DNA of 64,000 nt from the human T2T-CHM13v2.0 reference genome, Homo sapiens. Below are positions 19,128 through 34,281 of the stretch, in pieces. The stretch's first letter is position 1; every line of letters starts with the position of its first letter. Made by a program: the position numbers and the translations under genes. The notes below the pieces were generated by a model. The model was not told where the DNA came from and made no database searches. It saw nothing but the letters and a program-made list of their open reading frames with translations. The stretch lies in NCBI RefSeq assembly GCF_009914755.1, contig NC_060944.1. One strand, written 5' to 3'.

Positions 19128-19269
19128 TAGACATTCCTATAATGAAAGAATGTCATGTAGAAATGTAGCATCCTAATTTTTAAAGTATTTTAGATTTGGT
19201 TGGGAGAAGAATCTGTCACTTACAAAATAAGGAGGAGGAAAAAATAAACAATTTAGCTTTTTTTTTTTT

Positions 19270-19510
19270 TTTAGAGCTATACGGTTTACAAAGTGCTGTG
19301 GCCTATATGTGATAAACTATTTAAATTTATCTTTTTTTCTCAGAACAATACGAACATATCAATTAATCTTAACAATATTGCAAGTGAGGCATTATGACTC
19401 CCATATTGCAGACAAGAATGAGGCTCAGAGAGGTTAAGCAAATTGTCCAAGTTCATAGAATTTGCAGGTGGCAGAGGTGGGATTTACATGGCGGTCTCTG
19501 ATTCTCTTGG
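19270..19510 (-). mobile_element. MIR
   Basis: tgaggctcagagaggttaagcaaattgtccaag. Confidence 0.7.
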
Positions 19511-20125
19511 CCTGTTCCTTATCATCACCACGAGGTCACAAGATGGTTGAAGAAGGAAGAAGGAGAAAGGGTGGCAAACAAAGGGCAAAAAAGAATGTGT
19601 ACCAGCCCTGCCTTTTGTGACATCTCTCTGAAGTCCACCCAGCAGCCTCTTCTTAAGTATCATTTGCCAGACTATGCTATGTGGCCACCTCTCTTGGCAG
19701 AGGAAGCTGGGAAATGCGGCGTTTTAATTGGACTGCTTCCTTGGGTGAAACCAAAGCTCTGTTAGGAAGAAAGATTTGAGTTGGCAGCCAGGAGTCTCTG
19801 TGAAAGCCAGGAACAAAAGCAGCTAAGGTATCCCTTTCTTTGGCTAGCTAGAAGCTGTTTACATGGATAGCCTTTTTTTCCTCCCCCCTTGGCTTTGGAT
19901 AATGTGGATTATTTTCATGCAGTAGAACCAAATTTTCAATATAGTGCATGTATTTAATATTTCAATATGGCGAGTTCACTGGCTTTTTCTGTCTTCAGAC
20001 AAGATTTTTATGATGGTCCCAAATCCTGTTAAGATTTGATCTGAGTTGTTTTGCTAAATAGCACTCAGTGTTTTAAGCTCCCTGAAAGTGGTTACCCATA
20101 GTTTTCTAGGCTTTTCTTTCTGTGC

Positions 20126-20193
20126 CCTCTTCCCCAGGACCATTTCCCCTCTGTCCTCTTTCCCAGGACCATTTCCCCTCTGTCCTCTTCCCC
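20126..20193. repeat. 29-bp tandem duplication (~2.3 copies)
   Basis: cccaggaccatttcccctctgtcctctt repeated. Confidence 0.85.
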
Positions 20194-20429
20194 ACTTCCC
20201 ATTCTCCTTCTCCACCAGTTCAATTGCTGTCAACTCTTACTGAAATCTCAGCTCATGCAATTCCAGAGAGAATCTCTAGTTCAACGAGTTGGGGTTGCAG
20301 ACAGGGAAACTGAGGCCCAGAAAGTCAGGGTGATCTCTGGCAAGGACTAATGTCCTCTGGCTCTCCTCAGTCTTCTTGAAGGAAGGTCAGTGATTCTTAC
20401 TCCCAGGAGGAAAGACAGAGAGCGAAGGC

Positions 20430-21040
20430 CCTGAAGTAGGAAAGAGACTAGGGGCATTAAAGGAAACAAAAGGGGGCTGGCATGGCTGCAGCACAGGTAG
20501 TGAGGAGGAGATTGGCTTGAGCCAAAGCTAGAAGGGTCCTCAGGACCATGGGAAGCCAAGGCATGCAGGTGATGCTGAGGATATGGGGTGTATCGGCTTC
20601 TGAAGGGTATCAGCTGGGAAATAGTGTAATTTAGCTTAAAATCTTAAAGGGTCCTTATGCCTGCTTCATAGAGACATATTGGGGAGGGCAAGAACACAAA
20701 AGAGGAGAAGAGTGAGGGCTACTACAGTTGTCCTGGTGAGAGATAATGGAGGCTTGAACTAACGTAGAGGCAGTTGGGTTGGAGGGATGAGTGGATGGAC
20801 GTAGAGTATGTTGTCAGGCTTTGATGACAGATTTGGGGATGGGAGTTTGGGAGAGGGGAAAGGGAAAGAATCCTAGGGTTCTGTCTTGTGCAAGTAAGTA
20901 GATGAAAGAGCGCTTCATGGAATTAGGGAGCACTGGGGGAGGAAAATATTGGAGTGGAAGATCCAAAATTCACTTTTGTGCTGAAATTTCTGTGATACAT
21001 TCTTATGGAGATGTCAGTAAGGTAGCTAGATGTATATCAT
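20430..21040 (-). mobile_element. L2 fragment
   Basis: gttgtcctggtgagagataatggaggcttgaac and other L2-like blocks. Confidence 0.6.
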
Positions 21041-21117
21041 GAACCAGATTTTTCTGTTTTATTTCTAATTGGCTATTGTTATATATAGAAAAACTGTTGC
21101 TTCACGCAAATAGATAC

Positions 21118-21418
21118 TTTTTTTTCTGAGATGATCTCACTCTGTTGCTGAGGCCGGAGTGCAGTGGTGGGAACATGGCTCACTGCAGCCTCAACCTCCT
21201 GGGCTTAAGTGATCCTTAAACCTCAGCCTCTCTATTAGCCTGGACTATAGGCATGCACCACCATATCTGGTTGATTTAAAAAAATTATTATTTTTTTTTC
21301 TGTAGAGACGGGTCTCGGTATGTTGCCCAAGCTGGTCTCAAACTCCTGCATTCAAGCAATCCTCCTAATTCAGCCTTCCGAAGTGTTGGGATTATAGGCA
21401 TGAACCATTGAGTCCAGC
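21118..21418 (-). mobile_element. AluJ within an old antisense L1 fragment (~21040-21600)
   Basis: Antisense dimer; flanks resemble L1 ORF2. Confidence 0.88.
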
Positions 21419-21650
21419 TGCAAATATACTTTGTATTAGACCATTTTACTGGCCTCTCTTGTTAGTTTGAATAGCTTTTCTGTGATTTTTTTGGTGTTCT
21501 CATATGTAATTATATTGCCTGCTAATAATGATAAATGTATTTCTTCCTTTCCAACCATTTTACCCCTTATTATTTTTCTTGTTTTATCACATTGGCTATA
21601 GTAGAGGTCCTTTTGAAGTTAGCTTTTTTAATGTATATAATTTTTTCTTA

Positions 21651-21757
21651 AAAAATATGGAATGCTTCATGAATTTGCATGTCATCATTGTGTAGGGGCC
21701 GTGCTAATCTTCTCTGTATTGTTCTAATTTTAGTATATGTGCTGCCAAAGCAAGCAC
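21651..21757 (-). pseudogene. U6 snRNA processed pseudogene, full length
   Basis: Reverse complement matches U6 (GTGCT.GCTT.GGCAGCACATATACTAAAATT...ACAGAGAAGATTAGC...CCATATTTTT) with 11 mismatches in 107 nt; A-rich tail follows. Confidence 0.95.
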
Positions 21758-21904
21758 TACAGTTAGTTTTAATGGTAAACATAATATTGATATTTGACCA
21801 GCTAAGAGGAAGATGATTTTGAGACAAAGCTTCGAGGCAGTGTATACAGCTCAAATTATGACAGAAGCTTAGATGTGGTGTGATAATACATTTGAATAAG
21901 GTGG

Positions 21905-22261
21905 TGTCTTAGTTCTTGCTGCTGTAACACAATGCCACAGACTGGGTAATTTATATTGAGCAGAAGTTTATTGGCTCATGATTCTGGAGGCCAGGAAATC
22001 CAAGATCAAGGGGCCGGCATCTGACAAGGGCCTTCTTGCTATGTCATCTTATGGTGGGAGGGCAAAGAGAGGGCGAGAGAGGGAGCAAATGGTCAAACTC
22101 ACAGCCTCAAACCCTTAAATTCATTCATGGAGGTGAAGCCTTCATGACTAAACACCTCCCATGAGGCCCCGCCTCCTAACAGGCCCCACCTCCTGACACT
22201 GTTGCATTGAGGATTCTGTTTCCAACACATGCTTTTTGGGAGACACAGTCAAACCATAGCA
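21905..22261 (-). mobile_element. MaLR solo LTR (MSTB/D-like)
   Basis: tgtcttagt...caaaccatagca; TSD ggtgg/ggtga. Confidence 0.85.
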
Positions 22262-25200
22262 GGTGATAACTGAAGACATAAAAAGGGATATAAATACCAA
22301 CTCTCTTACCCTCATACTCATAGCCAGAAGAATGGTCTGTCCATAAAACATGATCACAATGCTTCAAACCTGAAGCATGGTGGTCAAATTGACAGGAAAC
22401 TAAGAATATCTAAAAGTAAAGGTTAAAGTTGGGTAGAGTGTGTTCATTTGGAAAAGAGAACAGAGAAGAAATTGATCATAATTCTCAGTTTATGAACACC
22501 TGTAAAAAGGTAGGATGAAAAGAAATAGACAGATAGGTATATTTTAAAATCAGTGTCCATGGTTGAAGCTTAATCTTCCAAAATATCCTGTAACAACTAT
22601 AATTTATGTAATGCTAGTATGCATATAACATATCACTTGGTTTCCCCATCACCTCAGTGATATAGGTAGTAATTCACATTTATCCATAGTTTGACATTTT
22701 CTAACATGCTTAGATTACCTCATTTGATGTTTACATTCTCAGGGCTTGCTCCCTTGCAATTAAGGCTACAATAAAAATCCATCTGCTTTTAGTTCTTTGA
22801 ACGCAATGTCCTGCATTCTCTCTACTCGGCCTTTGTCCATGTGGCCCACCTTGTGATGCCTGTTTCTCCTTCACAACCCAGTTCAGCCCCAAGGAAAGGC
22901 CTCTGTTCCATTGTCAGAAGGGAGAGGTGAGTGTAGCCAGCCAGGCCTTGAAGGAATTCAAGCCAGGTAGCAGGTATAGCACAACTCAAATATGCTGCCG
23001 TAAGCTTTGCTGAGCTCCCTTGCTTTAGGGAAGAAAAGAAAAAGAAAGTCCTCTTTAGCCAGCTGCATTTCTTCTTCCCATTTCCAGAGTGTACCAGGGA
23101 GGGTACACATGTGATTGTCCATGGGCTCACCTTTACCCATCACTCCTCTGGGGCAGATGCCAAATCATGTGTCTCGTGATGCAAGAGCTTCATGGGGGTG
23201 GAGCAGGGTTGGGTGCTGTCTAAGAGGGAATGAATGGCCCAAAGCTCCAGGTCTGGACAGTCTGAGACCCTCTTGCTGGGGAGTAGCGTTTTGGGAAAAA
23301 TGAAATACACTTGGCTGGATCTGAAACTTTCTGTAGTTAGGTCTGGTTGGGTGGAAGGGGATCTTGGGTGGCCTTCAAGCCTTGGAGACCCCCAATCCAA
23401 GATCTCTAAGGACGTATACCTAGAACCTTCCAGCTTATCTGCATCGTCAGTGTTTCTCACTCTTCTGTGCATGCCCCAAGTTGTCTCTGCTGTCAGGCTG
23501 CAAGATTGTTGTGGAAACAGGCTGAGCCTATTCCATCTTGCTCAGTCACAGGGCCTTGTCTGGTGCCTGGCACACAGAGGGCTGCAGCAAGTGTTGGTTG
23601 ATTTGAAATCACAGTTGAGCCTCCTGCCTCAGCATCTCAGTCAGTGCTCCATAGCCAGTCACGTGGCTGCCTACAAAGGAGAAGAAGATAAAAGAATCCC
23701 AGGTGACTTTGTGGGTTAAAGGGGTTTTAAAGCTCTTGCTTTAGAAGCTCAAGTAAAACTTTCATCCTGTGTTGACTGGATAAAGCATTCTGTCAGCCAT
23801 CCGGGGCTCGTCTAGGACTGGGGGCAGGGGAGAAGGGAGAGCAATGTTGTCACTTTAATTGCATTGGCATAAATATTTGATATTCAATAAATTAGATCTG
23901 GAGCAAGGAAAACATTCTTGCAAATGGATTTTTTACCTGGAGCCCAGCCCCATTAGCAGAGGAGTAGAGGGCAGCCTGCCCCAGGGCCGGTAATTAACTC
24001 AAGTGGAGCAGAACTAAGCATTTTTGACAGCCTTCCTAGTCTGGAATTAACTGTCATCTTGGAGGGAGAAAGAAAGTACACTGTCACATTACGGGCTTAT
24101 GAGAGGTTCTCCAGTGCTGCCAGCCCCCTGAGTTTACTTATGTCTCCCCTTCATGCCCTGCAATGTTATTTTCATCATTAGAGACAAGTTTAAAAGCAAC
24201 TAACGATGTATTTTATATCCACGTACCAGAATCACAGATTTCACCAAAAGAGAAGACATTAGCATGGTAATTCAATTTTTTTTTCTTTTTGGCAGTTGTA
24301 ATGAAACAAGATACAGTGGATGCTGTTAGAAGTCACAACACTGATATCTGGAGATAGTACAAGCTGGATTTTTTTTCTCCTCTCTGTATCAGCACTTGCC
24401 TGTAATGAGCATAGCTTAGCCACTGTCTGTGCTATCTCCCCCCGCCCCCACCCAGCGTTTATGAAAGTAGCAATTGCTTCTGAGAAAAGGCAAAACCGTT
24501 GGAGCCTGAAGCTCCTTCTAGAAGCCACTGCTTGTCTTGTTCCGTGGAAACTGATACTGTGGAAATTGGAGTTGTGCCGGGTCTGGTCCTGGCAATGTGT
24601 GCGCAGGCAATTTTTTATAAGGTTGCAGATCTCAGCCAGACTCTCAGCTAGGCTGGGTGTGAGGATGGCGTCTCCAGCGATGCTCAGCTGGCTTCAGAGG
24701 GAAGGGCTGCCTGTGCATTTGTATGTGTTGAGAGGGGTGAGCTGTGCAGCCTGGTACACAGATCATGAACATCTGCTTCTCTTAGATCTTCTGCCTACTT
24801 CCACAGCAGTAAAACCACGACTCACCGCCTTCATCACTCAGCCTCAACACTGCTTCCCTCATGCCCTACAGACAATGGGAGCTGGAATCGCCCTTGATTT
24901 CCCCTTTCTGTCATCTTAAGCACAGTGGCCTGAGGCTGACCCTCCTCTTAGAACTTGACCCTCTTCCTCTGTCCGGCACCACTCCCTGCACAGTGGTAAG
25001 TCTGAAGATGTGATCATGTTCCTTCTCTGCTTGAAAGTCTCCTCAGCTTTGGCTTTCTTCTTGATGCCCCAGCAGGGGCCCCAAAACTTGGCTGTTCATT
25101 AGAATCTTGGAGACCCAGGCTGGCTGGACCAGAGTCCACAGAGTTCGCGCTCAGGCAGTGCGGAGGGCAACCCATGGTTTACAGGATCAAGCCCTAAAAT

Positions 25201-25774
25201 CTTAGCCTAACATCTCAGCCTCAATGGCCTCCTCCCCTTTGGGCCCCAGAAGGCACGGGGCTCAGCCACAATCCTCAACCATGCACACTGCCCCTCAACT
25301 CTTCCCCTGGTCAACTTCCACTTATCCTTTAGGACTCAGTGAAATGTCACCTCCTCTGTGAAGCCTTCCCTAATTTCTCAGGCAGAATTATGGTCATTCA
25401 TTCATTCGCCCATTCTCATTCAGCAAACACTCGCAGGATGCCTGCAGGTTCCACGTCCTGTGCTGGGTCCTGAAGATGACTTAGCAGCAAAAGGACAGAT
25501 GCCAGGAGCTTTTCTGCTAGTGGGGAATACAGAGGAGACACGAGCAAAGCAGACAGAATCAGGGGAGGCTTCCTAGAGGAAGTGACACATCAGGGTGATC
25601 TGAAGGGTGTGTATGAGTTAGCCACAGGAGTGAGGGTGGGGAGAGGGGAAGGCCTTGGGTAGGAAGAGAGTGTGTTAGAGGACAGGAACGGTGAGACCAA
25701 AGCATAAACAGGCCGGGTTCCAGCCATCTCCCCGCAGCATGTGGTGTGTCTCCAGTGGGAGAGTGCTCAGTAGG

Positions 25775-26096
25775 TTTTTGTTTGTTTGTTTTTTATTTTA
25801 TTTTATGTTTCTTTAGAGACAGGGTCTCGCTCTGTTGTCCAGTCTGGAGTGCAGTGGTGCAGTCATAGCTCACTGAAGCGTCCAATTCCTGGGCTCAAGT
25901 GATCCTCCTGCCTCAGGGGCCCAAGTGGCTGGGACCACAGGTGTGTACGACTGCACCCAGCTAATTTAAAAATTTTTTATAAAGACAGGGTCTCACTATT
26001 TTGCCCAGGCTGGTCTCGAGCTCTGGCCTCAAGTGATCCTCTGGCCTTGGCCTCCCAAAGTGCTAGAATTACAGGCATGAGCTGCTGCACCCAGCC
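25775..26096 (-). mobile_element. AluJ
   Basis: Antisense dimer; TSD ctcagtaggt. Confidence 0.93.
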
Positions 26097-26259
26097 TCAG
26101 TAGGTGCTGGTGGAGTGTAAAGTCAAGCGAGAGGGCCAGCTGTGGGCAGTGGTGGACATTGAGGTAGAAAGCCAATGTCAGGGATGGGACAGGATATTCC
26201 ATCCATTAAGATATAGGCGATGGGGTGTCCTTGCACTTTAAAGATATATACATAAGTTT

Positions 26260-26420
26260 AGGGCCCTGTGAGGCTGGTATTATTATTTCCATTTCACACA
26301 GGTAGAATTTGAGGTTCCAAACAGTTAACTGACATGCCCATGGTCATTCAGCTAGTAAGGGGCAAAGCTGGGACTTGAACCCAGGCAGGGTGGCTCTGGA
26401 GCCTGTGCTTTTAACCCAGA
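26260..26420 (-). mobile_element. MIR
   Basis: acatgcccatggtcattcagctagtaagg...ggacttgaacccagg. Confidence 0.8.
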
Positions 26421-26480
26421 CTGTCCCATGCAGCTACAGCCTGACCTGGCTTCTCACCAGAGCTGGTCGTTCCTCTTTCA

Positions 26481-27089
<609 letters not shown>

Positions 27090-27635
27090 CTAGATATAGA
27101 ACATTTTTAGATTTCCAGAAAGTTCCCTTGTGCCCCCTTCCAGTCAATCTCTGCTTCCCACCGCTAGGTAACCACTGATTTCTATCACTATAAGTTATCA
27201 GCTTTCTATCATTATATGTTAAATTTGTTGTGCCTGTGCTTGAACTTCGTATGATAATCATAGGCATATACTCCTATTTTGCCTGGCTTTATTTGCACAA
27301 TATAACGTTTTTGAGATGCATCCAGTGTTGTTGCTGGTGGCAGTAGACTGTTTTTTCTCATTGTTGTCTATAGTATTTTGTTGTAGGAATACCTGCAATT
27401 TCTCCATTCTTCTGTTGATGGACATTTGTGTGGTTTCCAGTGTGGGGCTATTAGGTATAAACTGCCACGAACATTCCCATGTAGTTGTGTCTGTGGACAG
27501 GCCGTGCTTCAGTTTTGACAGTCCAGGTGATAGTGGAACTTTCATCTCTTCAGCTTTCACTCCTAAAGACTTTCTAAAAATACCCTCATTTGCTCTCTCT
27601 CTACAGGTGGGTGAGGGAAGAATAAAAGCCTCTAA

Positions 27636-28014
<379 letters not shown>

Positions 28015-28029
28015 AACAAGCTTTCTTAA

Positions 28030-28470
28030 ATGTGTCCGCTTGTCTCTGTTTTCCCAGCTCCCACTGGGGATAGGGCCATGTCCATTTCTTCCCTCCTCTC
28101 TGATCTGGTCTACTCAATTCTACACTTGCTACCCCCCCAGTTTATTCTAAACATGAGAGCCAGGGAAGTCTTTTCAATACCAACCAACCCCCAACCTTCC
28201 ATGTACCATTAAGGCCCCCCAAAGCTTCCTTCTACCTTAGGAGAAACTTTAAATTCCCCATCCTGCACTCTAGGCCTGACAGCACATAGTTCTGCCTACC
28301 TGCCCTGCCTCCTATCCCTTCCCACAAGCTCCGAGTCTTTGCACTGGCTGTTCCCTCTGCCTGGAATGTGCTTCCCAAGGGAATCTGCATGACACACCCT
28401 GTCAGGACTCTTCCAATGGTACCTCTGTAGAGAGGCCTTCCCTGATCACCCAGTCAGACATAGCAGCCCC
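28030..28470 (+). mobile_element. L2 fragment
   Basis: ttgcactggctgttccctctgcctggaatg...ggccttccctgatcaccc. Confidence 0.7.
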
Positions 28471-29271
28471 TTCCTCTAACCCACTAATCTGCTTTCTGTC
28501 TCTACAAATGTTCCTATTCTGGACATTTTATATGAATGGAATTATACAATATGTGACTTTTTGTGTTTGCCTTCTTTCATGAATCATAAAGTTTTCAAAA
28601 TCCATTCATGTTGTAGAAGAACTCAGTACTCAACTCCTTTTTATGACTGAATAATATTCCATTGTATGGATATACCATAATTTATTCATTCATCAATGGG
28701 TAGGCACTGGGTTGTTTTCATTTCTTTGATTATTATGAATATGCTTCTATGAATATTTGTGGACATGTTTTTATTTCAACATGTTTTCACTGCCCATGGC
28801 TGTTTAATTAGTTCAATTGCTCAGTCCCTCTATGTTTAGTTTTTTCAGGAACTGTCAAACTTCTTTCCCAAAACAGCTGCATGATTTTACATTCCCACCA
28901 ACAACGCACAAGTCTTCCAATTTATCCACATCCTTGCTGACATTTGTTATTCTCTGTCTCTTGGATTATAGCCATCCTAGTGGATGCTAAGTAGTATCTC
29001 ATTGGGGTTTTGGTGTACATTTCTCTCATAACGAATGATATTGAGCATTTTCTCATGTGTTTCTTGGCCACTTGTATATCTTTGGATGTCTAAGCCTTTC
29101 ACTCATTATAAAATTGGATTATGTGTCTTATTATTGTTGAGTTTTAAACATATTTGATATATTCCAAATACTCTTCCCTTATAAGATACATGATTTGCAA
29201 ATACTTTCTCTCATTCTGTGAGTTGTCTTTTCACTTTCTTGATAGTATTCTTTGGAGCACAAAAGTCCTAA

Positions 29272-29600
<329 letters not shown>

Positions 29601-31378
29601 TAATTTATCTATTTTTTTCTTTTGTTGCTAGTGCTTTTGGTGTCATATCTAAGAGATTCTTGTCTAATCCTAGGTCACAAAGATTTCTACCTAACTTTCT
29701 TCTAAGAATTTTATAATTTTAGCTCTTGCATTTAGATCTTGCATCCACTGTGAGTTAATTTTTATATATAGAGTGAGGTAGGGGTTCGATTAATTCTTTT
29801 TGTAAAGAAATTTTTTTTGGCTAATTATCCTAGCACCATTTGTTAAAAAGACAATTTTACCCCCTCTGAAATTGTTTTGACACTTTTGTCAAAAATTAAT
29901 TGATCATAAATGTAAGGGTTTATTTCTGATCTCTCAATTCTATTCTTTTGGTCTATATGTCTATCTTTATGAAAGTCTCACACTGTTTTGATTACTGTAG
30001 CTTTGTAATATGTTTTAAAATTGGGACGTTTCAGTCTTCGTACTGTGTTCTTCTTTTTCAAGGTTACTCTGCTTATTAAAGGTCTCTTGTATTTATATGT
30101 TAATCTTAGGATCAGTTTGACACTTTTTGCAGAAAAGTCTGCTCGGATTAGATTGAGATTGCTTTGAATCTGTAGAGCAATCAAAGAATTTTGCCATCTT
30201 AGCAAATTAAATCTTGCAATCCATAAACGTGGACGTTTTCCCATTTGTTTAGGTGTTCTTTAAATCTTTTCAAGGATGTTTTGTAATTTCAGTGTAAAAG
30301 CCTAAGTATTTTATTTTGTTGCTATTTGAAATGAAATTGTTTTTTAGATTTCATTTTCTGGTTGTGCATTTCTAGTATATAGAAACAAAATTGATTTTTC
30401 TATGTTGATTTTGTATCCTGCAACCTTGATGAACTTGTTCAATTATTTTGTGGATTCCTTAGGATTTTGTACATACAAGATCCTGTCTCCTGTGAATACA
30501 GGCAATTTTACTTCTACTTTGGAAAAATGGATGCCTTTTATTATTTTTTCTTGTCTGATTGTCATGGCTAGACCTTCCAGCACAATGTTGGACAGAAGTT
30601 ATGAGTGGAGACATCCTTGTCTTTTTCCTGATCTTAGGCATAAAATTTGCAGTCTTACACCATTAACTATGATGTTAGCTGTGGATTTGTTTGTTTGTAG
30701 ATGGCCTTTACCAGATTGAGGATGTTTCCTTCTTTCTATTTTTTTTTGAGTTTTTTTTTTAAATCATAAAAGGTAGTTGGATTTTCTCAGTTGCTTTTTC
30801 TGGGTCCTTTGAGATGATCGTGTGTTTTTTGTCCTTTATTCTATTAATATGGTGTATTATGTTGATTAATATTCATATGTTGAACCAATCTTGTATTCCT
30901 GGGATACATTTCACTAGGTCATGGTGTATAATTCTTCTTATAAGTTGCTAGATTTGGTTTGCTAGTATTTTGTTGAGGATTTTTATGCTTATTCATAAGG
31001 GATATTGATCTATAGTTTTCTTTATTGTCTGATGTCTTTGTCTAGTTTTAGTATCAGGGTAATATTGATCTCAAAGAATGAGTTAGAAGGTGCCCCTTCC
31101 TATTCTTTATTTTGGAAGAGTTTGTGGAAAGTCGGTATTAATTTTACTTTAAATGTTGGGTAGAACTCCCCAGTTAAGCCATTTGGTCCTGGGCTTTGGT
31201 TTGTGGGAAGTGATTTGATTATTAATTTAATTGCTTTATTTGTTATAGTTTCATTGAGATTTTCTATTTCTTTTTGAATTGGTTTTGGTAGTTTTTTTCT
31301 TCCTAGAAATTTCTCAATTTTTCTCTAGGTTATCTAGATTGTTGGTATACAGTTGTTCATAATATTCCATTGTAAACC

Positions 31379-31688
31379 TTTTTTTTTTTTTTTTTTTTTT
31401 TTTGAGCCACGGTCTTGCTCCATTGCCCAGGCTGGAGTGCAGTGGTGCAAACATGGCTTACTGCAGCTTTGACTTCCCAGCCTCAAGCAATCCTCCCACC
31501 TCAGTCTCCATAGTAGCTGGGATTACATGGGTGGGCCACCACACCGGACAAATTTTTGTATTTTTTTTTTGTAGAGATGGGATTTCTCCATGTTGTCCAG
31601 GCTGGTCTTGAACTCCTGGACTCAACCAATCCTCCCTCCTTGGCCTCCCAAAGTGCTGGGATTTCAGGTGTGAGTCACTGTGCCCAGC
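31379..31688 (-). mobile_element. AluJ in L1M
   Basis: poly(T) plus antisense dimer; TSD taaaccttt. Confidence 0.92.
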
Positions 31689-32678
31689 TTATAAACCTTT
31701 CTATTTCTGTAAGATTGGCAGTAATGTTACCTCTTTCCTGATTTAGTAATTTGAGTCTTCTCTCTTTATTTTCTCTTGTCAGTATAGGTAAAGATTTGCC
31801 AGTTTTGTTGATCTTTACAAAGAACCAACTTTTGCTTTTATTGAGTTTTCTCTATTATTTTTTATTTTCTGTTTCATTTATTTCTGCTCTAGTCTTTATT
31901 ATTTCTTTCTTTTTCTTGTTTGGGTTAAGTTTGCTCTTATTTTTCTGGTTTCTTAAGGTGGAGGTTTAGGATATTGATTTGAAATCTTTCTTAGTTTGTT
32001 AATATTGACATTTCCAGCTGTAAATTTCTAAGCACTGCTTTAGCTGCATCCCATGTATGGTATGTTGTGTTTTCATTTTCATTCATCTCAAAGGATTTTC
32101 TAATATACTTGTAATTTCTTCCTTTTGGTTTTTTATTGATACATAGTACTTATATGCATTTATGGAGTACATGTGATATTTTGTTGCATGCATAGGATCT
32201 GTAATGATCAAGTCAGAGTATTTAGAATATCTATCACTTTGAGCATTGGTCACTCAGGAGTGTGTTAATATCCACGTTTATGAATTTTTCAAATTTTCTT
32301 CTGGTAGTGATTTCTAATTTTATTTCATTGTGGTTGGAGAATATACTTTATATAATTTCTATCATTTTACATTGATTAATCCTTGTTTTATGGCCTAATA
32401 TATGGTCTATCCTTGAGAATGTTTTATGTGCACCTAACAAGAACAAATTCTCTGCTGTTGTTAGGTGGAATGTTTCATAGATGTCAGGTCTAGTTGTTTA
32501 TAGGATTGTTCAAATCTACTATTTTCTGGTTGATCTTCTGTCTAGTTATTCCATCCATTATCATAATGGGTTATTGAAGTGTCTAACTATTGACCTTTTG
32601 TCTATTTCCTCCTTCAATTTTGTTGGGTTTTGTTTCATGTATTTTGGAGCTCTGTTGTTAGGTTCATGTATGTTTATA

Positions 32679-33023
32679 CAGGTTGATTTCCTTAATCAGA
32701 AAATCTGACATCTGAAGCATCTCAAAATCCAAATCTTTCTGAGTGCCAACATGACTCCACAAGGGACAAATTCTAGTCCTGACCTCACGTGCTTTGTGAT
32801 GGTTCAACGTACCTGTATACAAACTTTGTTTCATGCATAAAATTATTTAAAACATTGTATAAAATTACCTTCAGACTATGTGTACAAAGTGCATATGAAA
32901 CATAAATGAATTTCTTGTTTAGACTTGTGTCTCATCCCCAAAATATCTCATTATGTATGTGCAAATATTCCAAAATCTGAAATACTTCTGGTCCCAAGCT
33001 TTTTGGATAAAGGATACAGCCTA
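32679..33023. mobile_element. TcMar-Tigger MITE (Tigger4b/MER46-like)
   Basis: TA-flanked caggttga...ggatacagcct TIRs; internal aaaattaccttcagactatgtg. Confidence 0.8.
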
Positions 33024-33643
33024 TAATTATTGTGTAGATTGATCCTTTTATTATTATAAAATTTCCTTTTTCATTTCTAGTAAAATATCTTTGTCTTACC
33101 ATCTATTTTATCTGATCTTAGTATAGCTACTACAGCTTTCTTTTAGTTACTGTTTTCATGGCACATTTGTTTCCATCTTTTTACTTTCAACTCATTGGTG
33201 TTTTTGAATCTAAAGTGTGTCTCTATAAATAGCACATAGATGAAAAATGTTTTAAAATCCATTCTGTCAGTATCTGCCCTTTGATTGGAGTGTTTAATTC
33301 ATTTATATTTACTGTAATTACTAATAAAGTAGAATTTACATTTGTCATTTACTATTTGTTTTCTATATATGTTGGATCTTTTGTATTCCTCTATGCATCC
33401 ATATTGCCTTCTTTTGTATTAGCTAGGTATTTTCTTGTGTACCATTAAAAAACCCTTTTTTTCCCCTTTACTATGTGTTTTTTGAAGTAAATTTCTTAGT
33501 GATTACCCTGGGAATTGTAATTAACAACTTATAACAATGAAGTTCAGATTAATCCCTTCTCAATTTCAATAGCATACAAAAACTTTAAAAAAATAACTCT
33601 ATTACCTCCCTCCTACCTTGTGCTGTTTTTGTCATACTGATTA

Positions 33644-34000
<357 letters not shown>

Positions 34001-34281
34001 GATAGAGTCTCATTCTGTCACTGAGGCTGGAGTGCAGTGGCAAGATCATAGCTCACTGCAGCTTTGAACTCCTAGACTCAAGTGATACTCCTGCCTCAGC
34101 CTCCTGAATAGCTAGGACTACAAATGTGTGCCACCGTGCGTGGTTAATTAAAAAATTTTTTGGTAGAGGCAGGGTCTCACTATGTTGCCCGGGCTGGTCT
34201 CAAACTCCTGACATCAAGCAATGCCCATGCCTCAGCCTCCCAAAGTGCTGGGATCACAGGTATGAGCCATCACACCTGCCC
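34001..34281 (-). mobile_element. AluJ
   Basis: Antisense dimer; TSD tcaatacagtttt at ~33667 and ~34282. Confidence 0.92.

Noticed and set aside
21040-21757. U6/L1 chimeric retrocopy
   Set aside because: The adjacent L1 is far more diverged than the U6 copy and is separated from it by an A-rich tail and a candidate TSD.
24320-24919. 199-aa ORF in unique sequence as a gene
   Set aside because: No recognisable domain, Leu/Ser/Cys-rich random-like composition, and no promoter or supportable exon structure.
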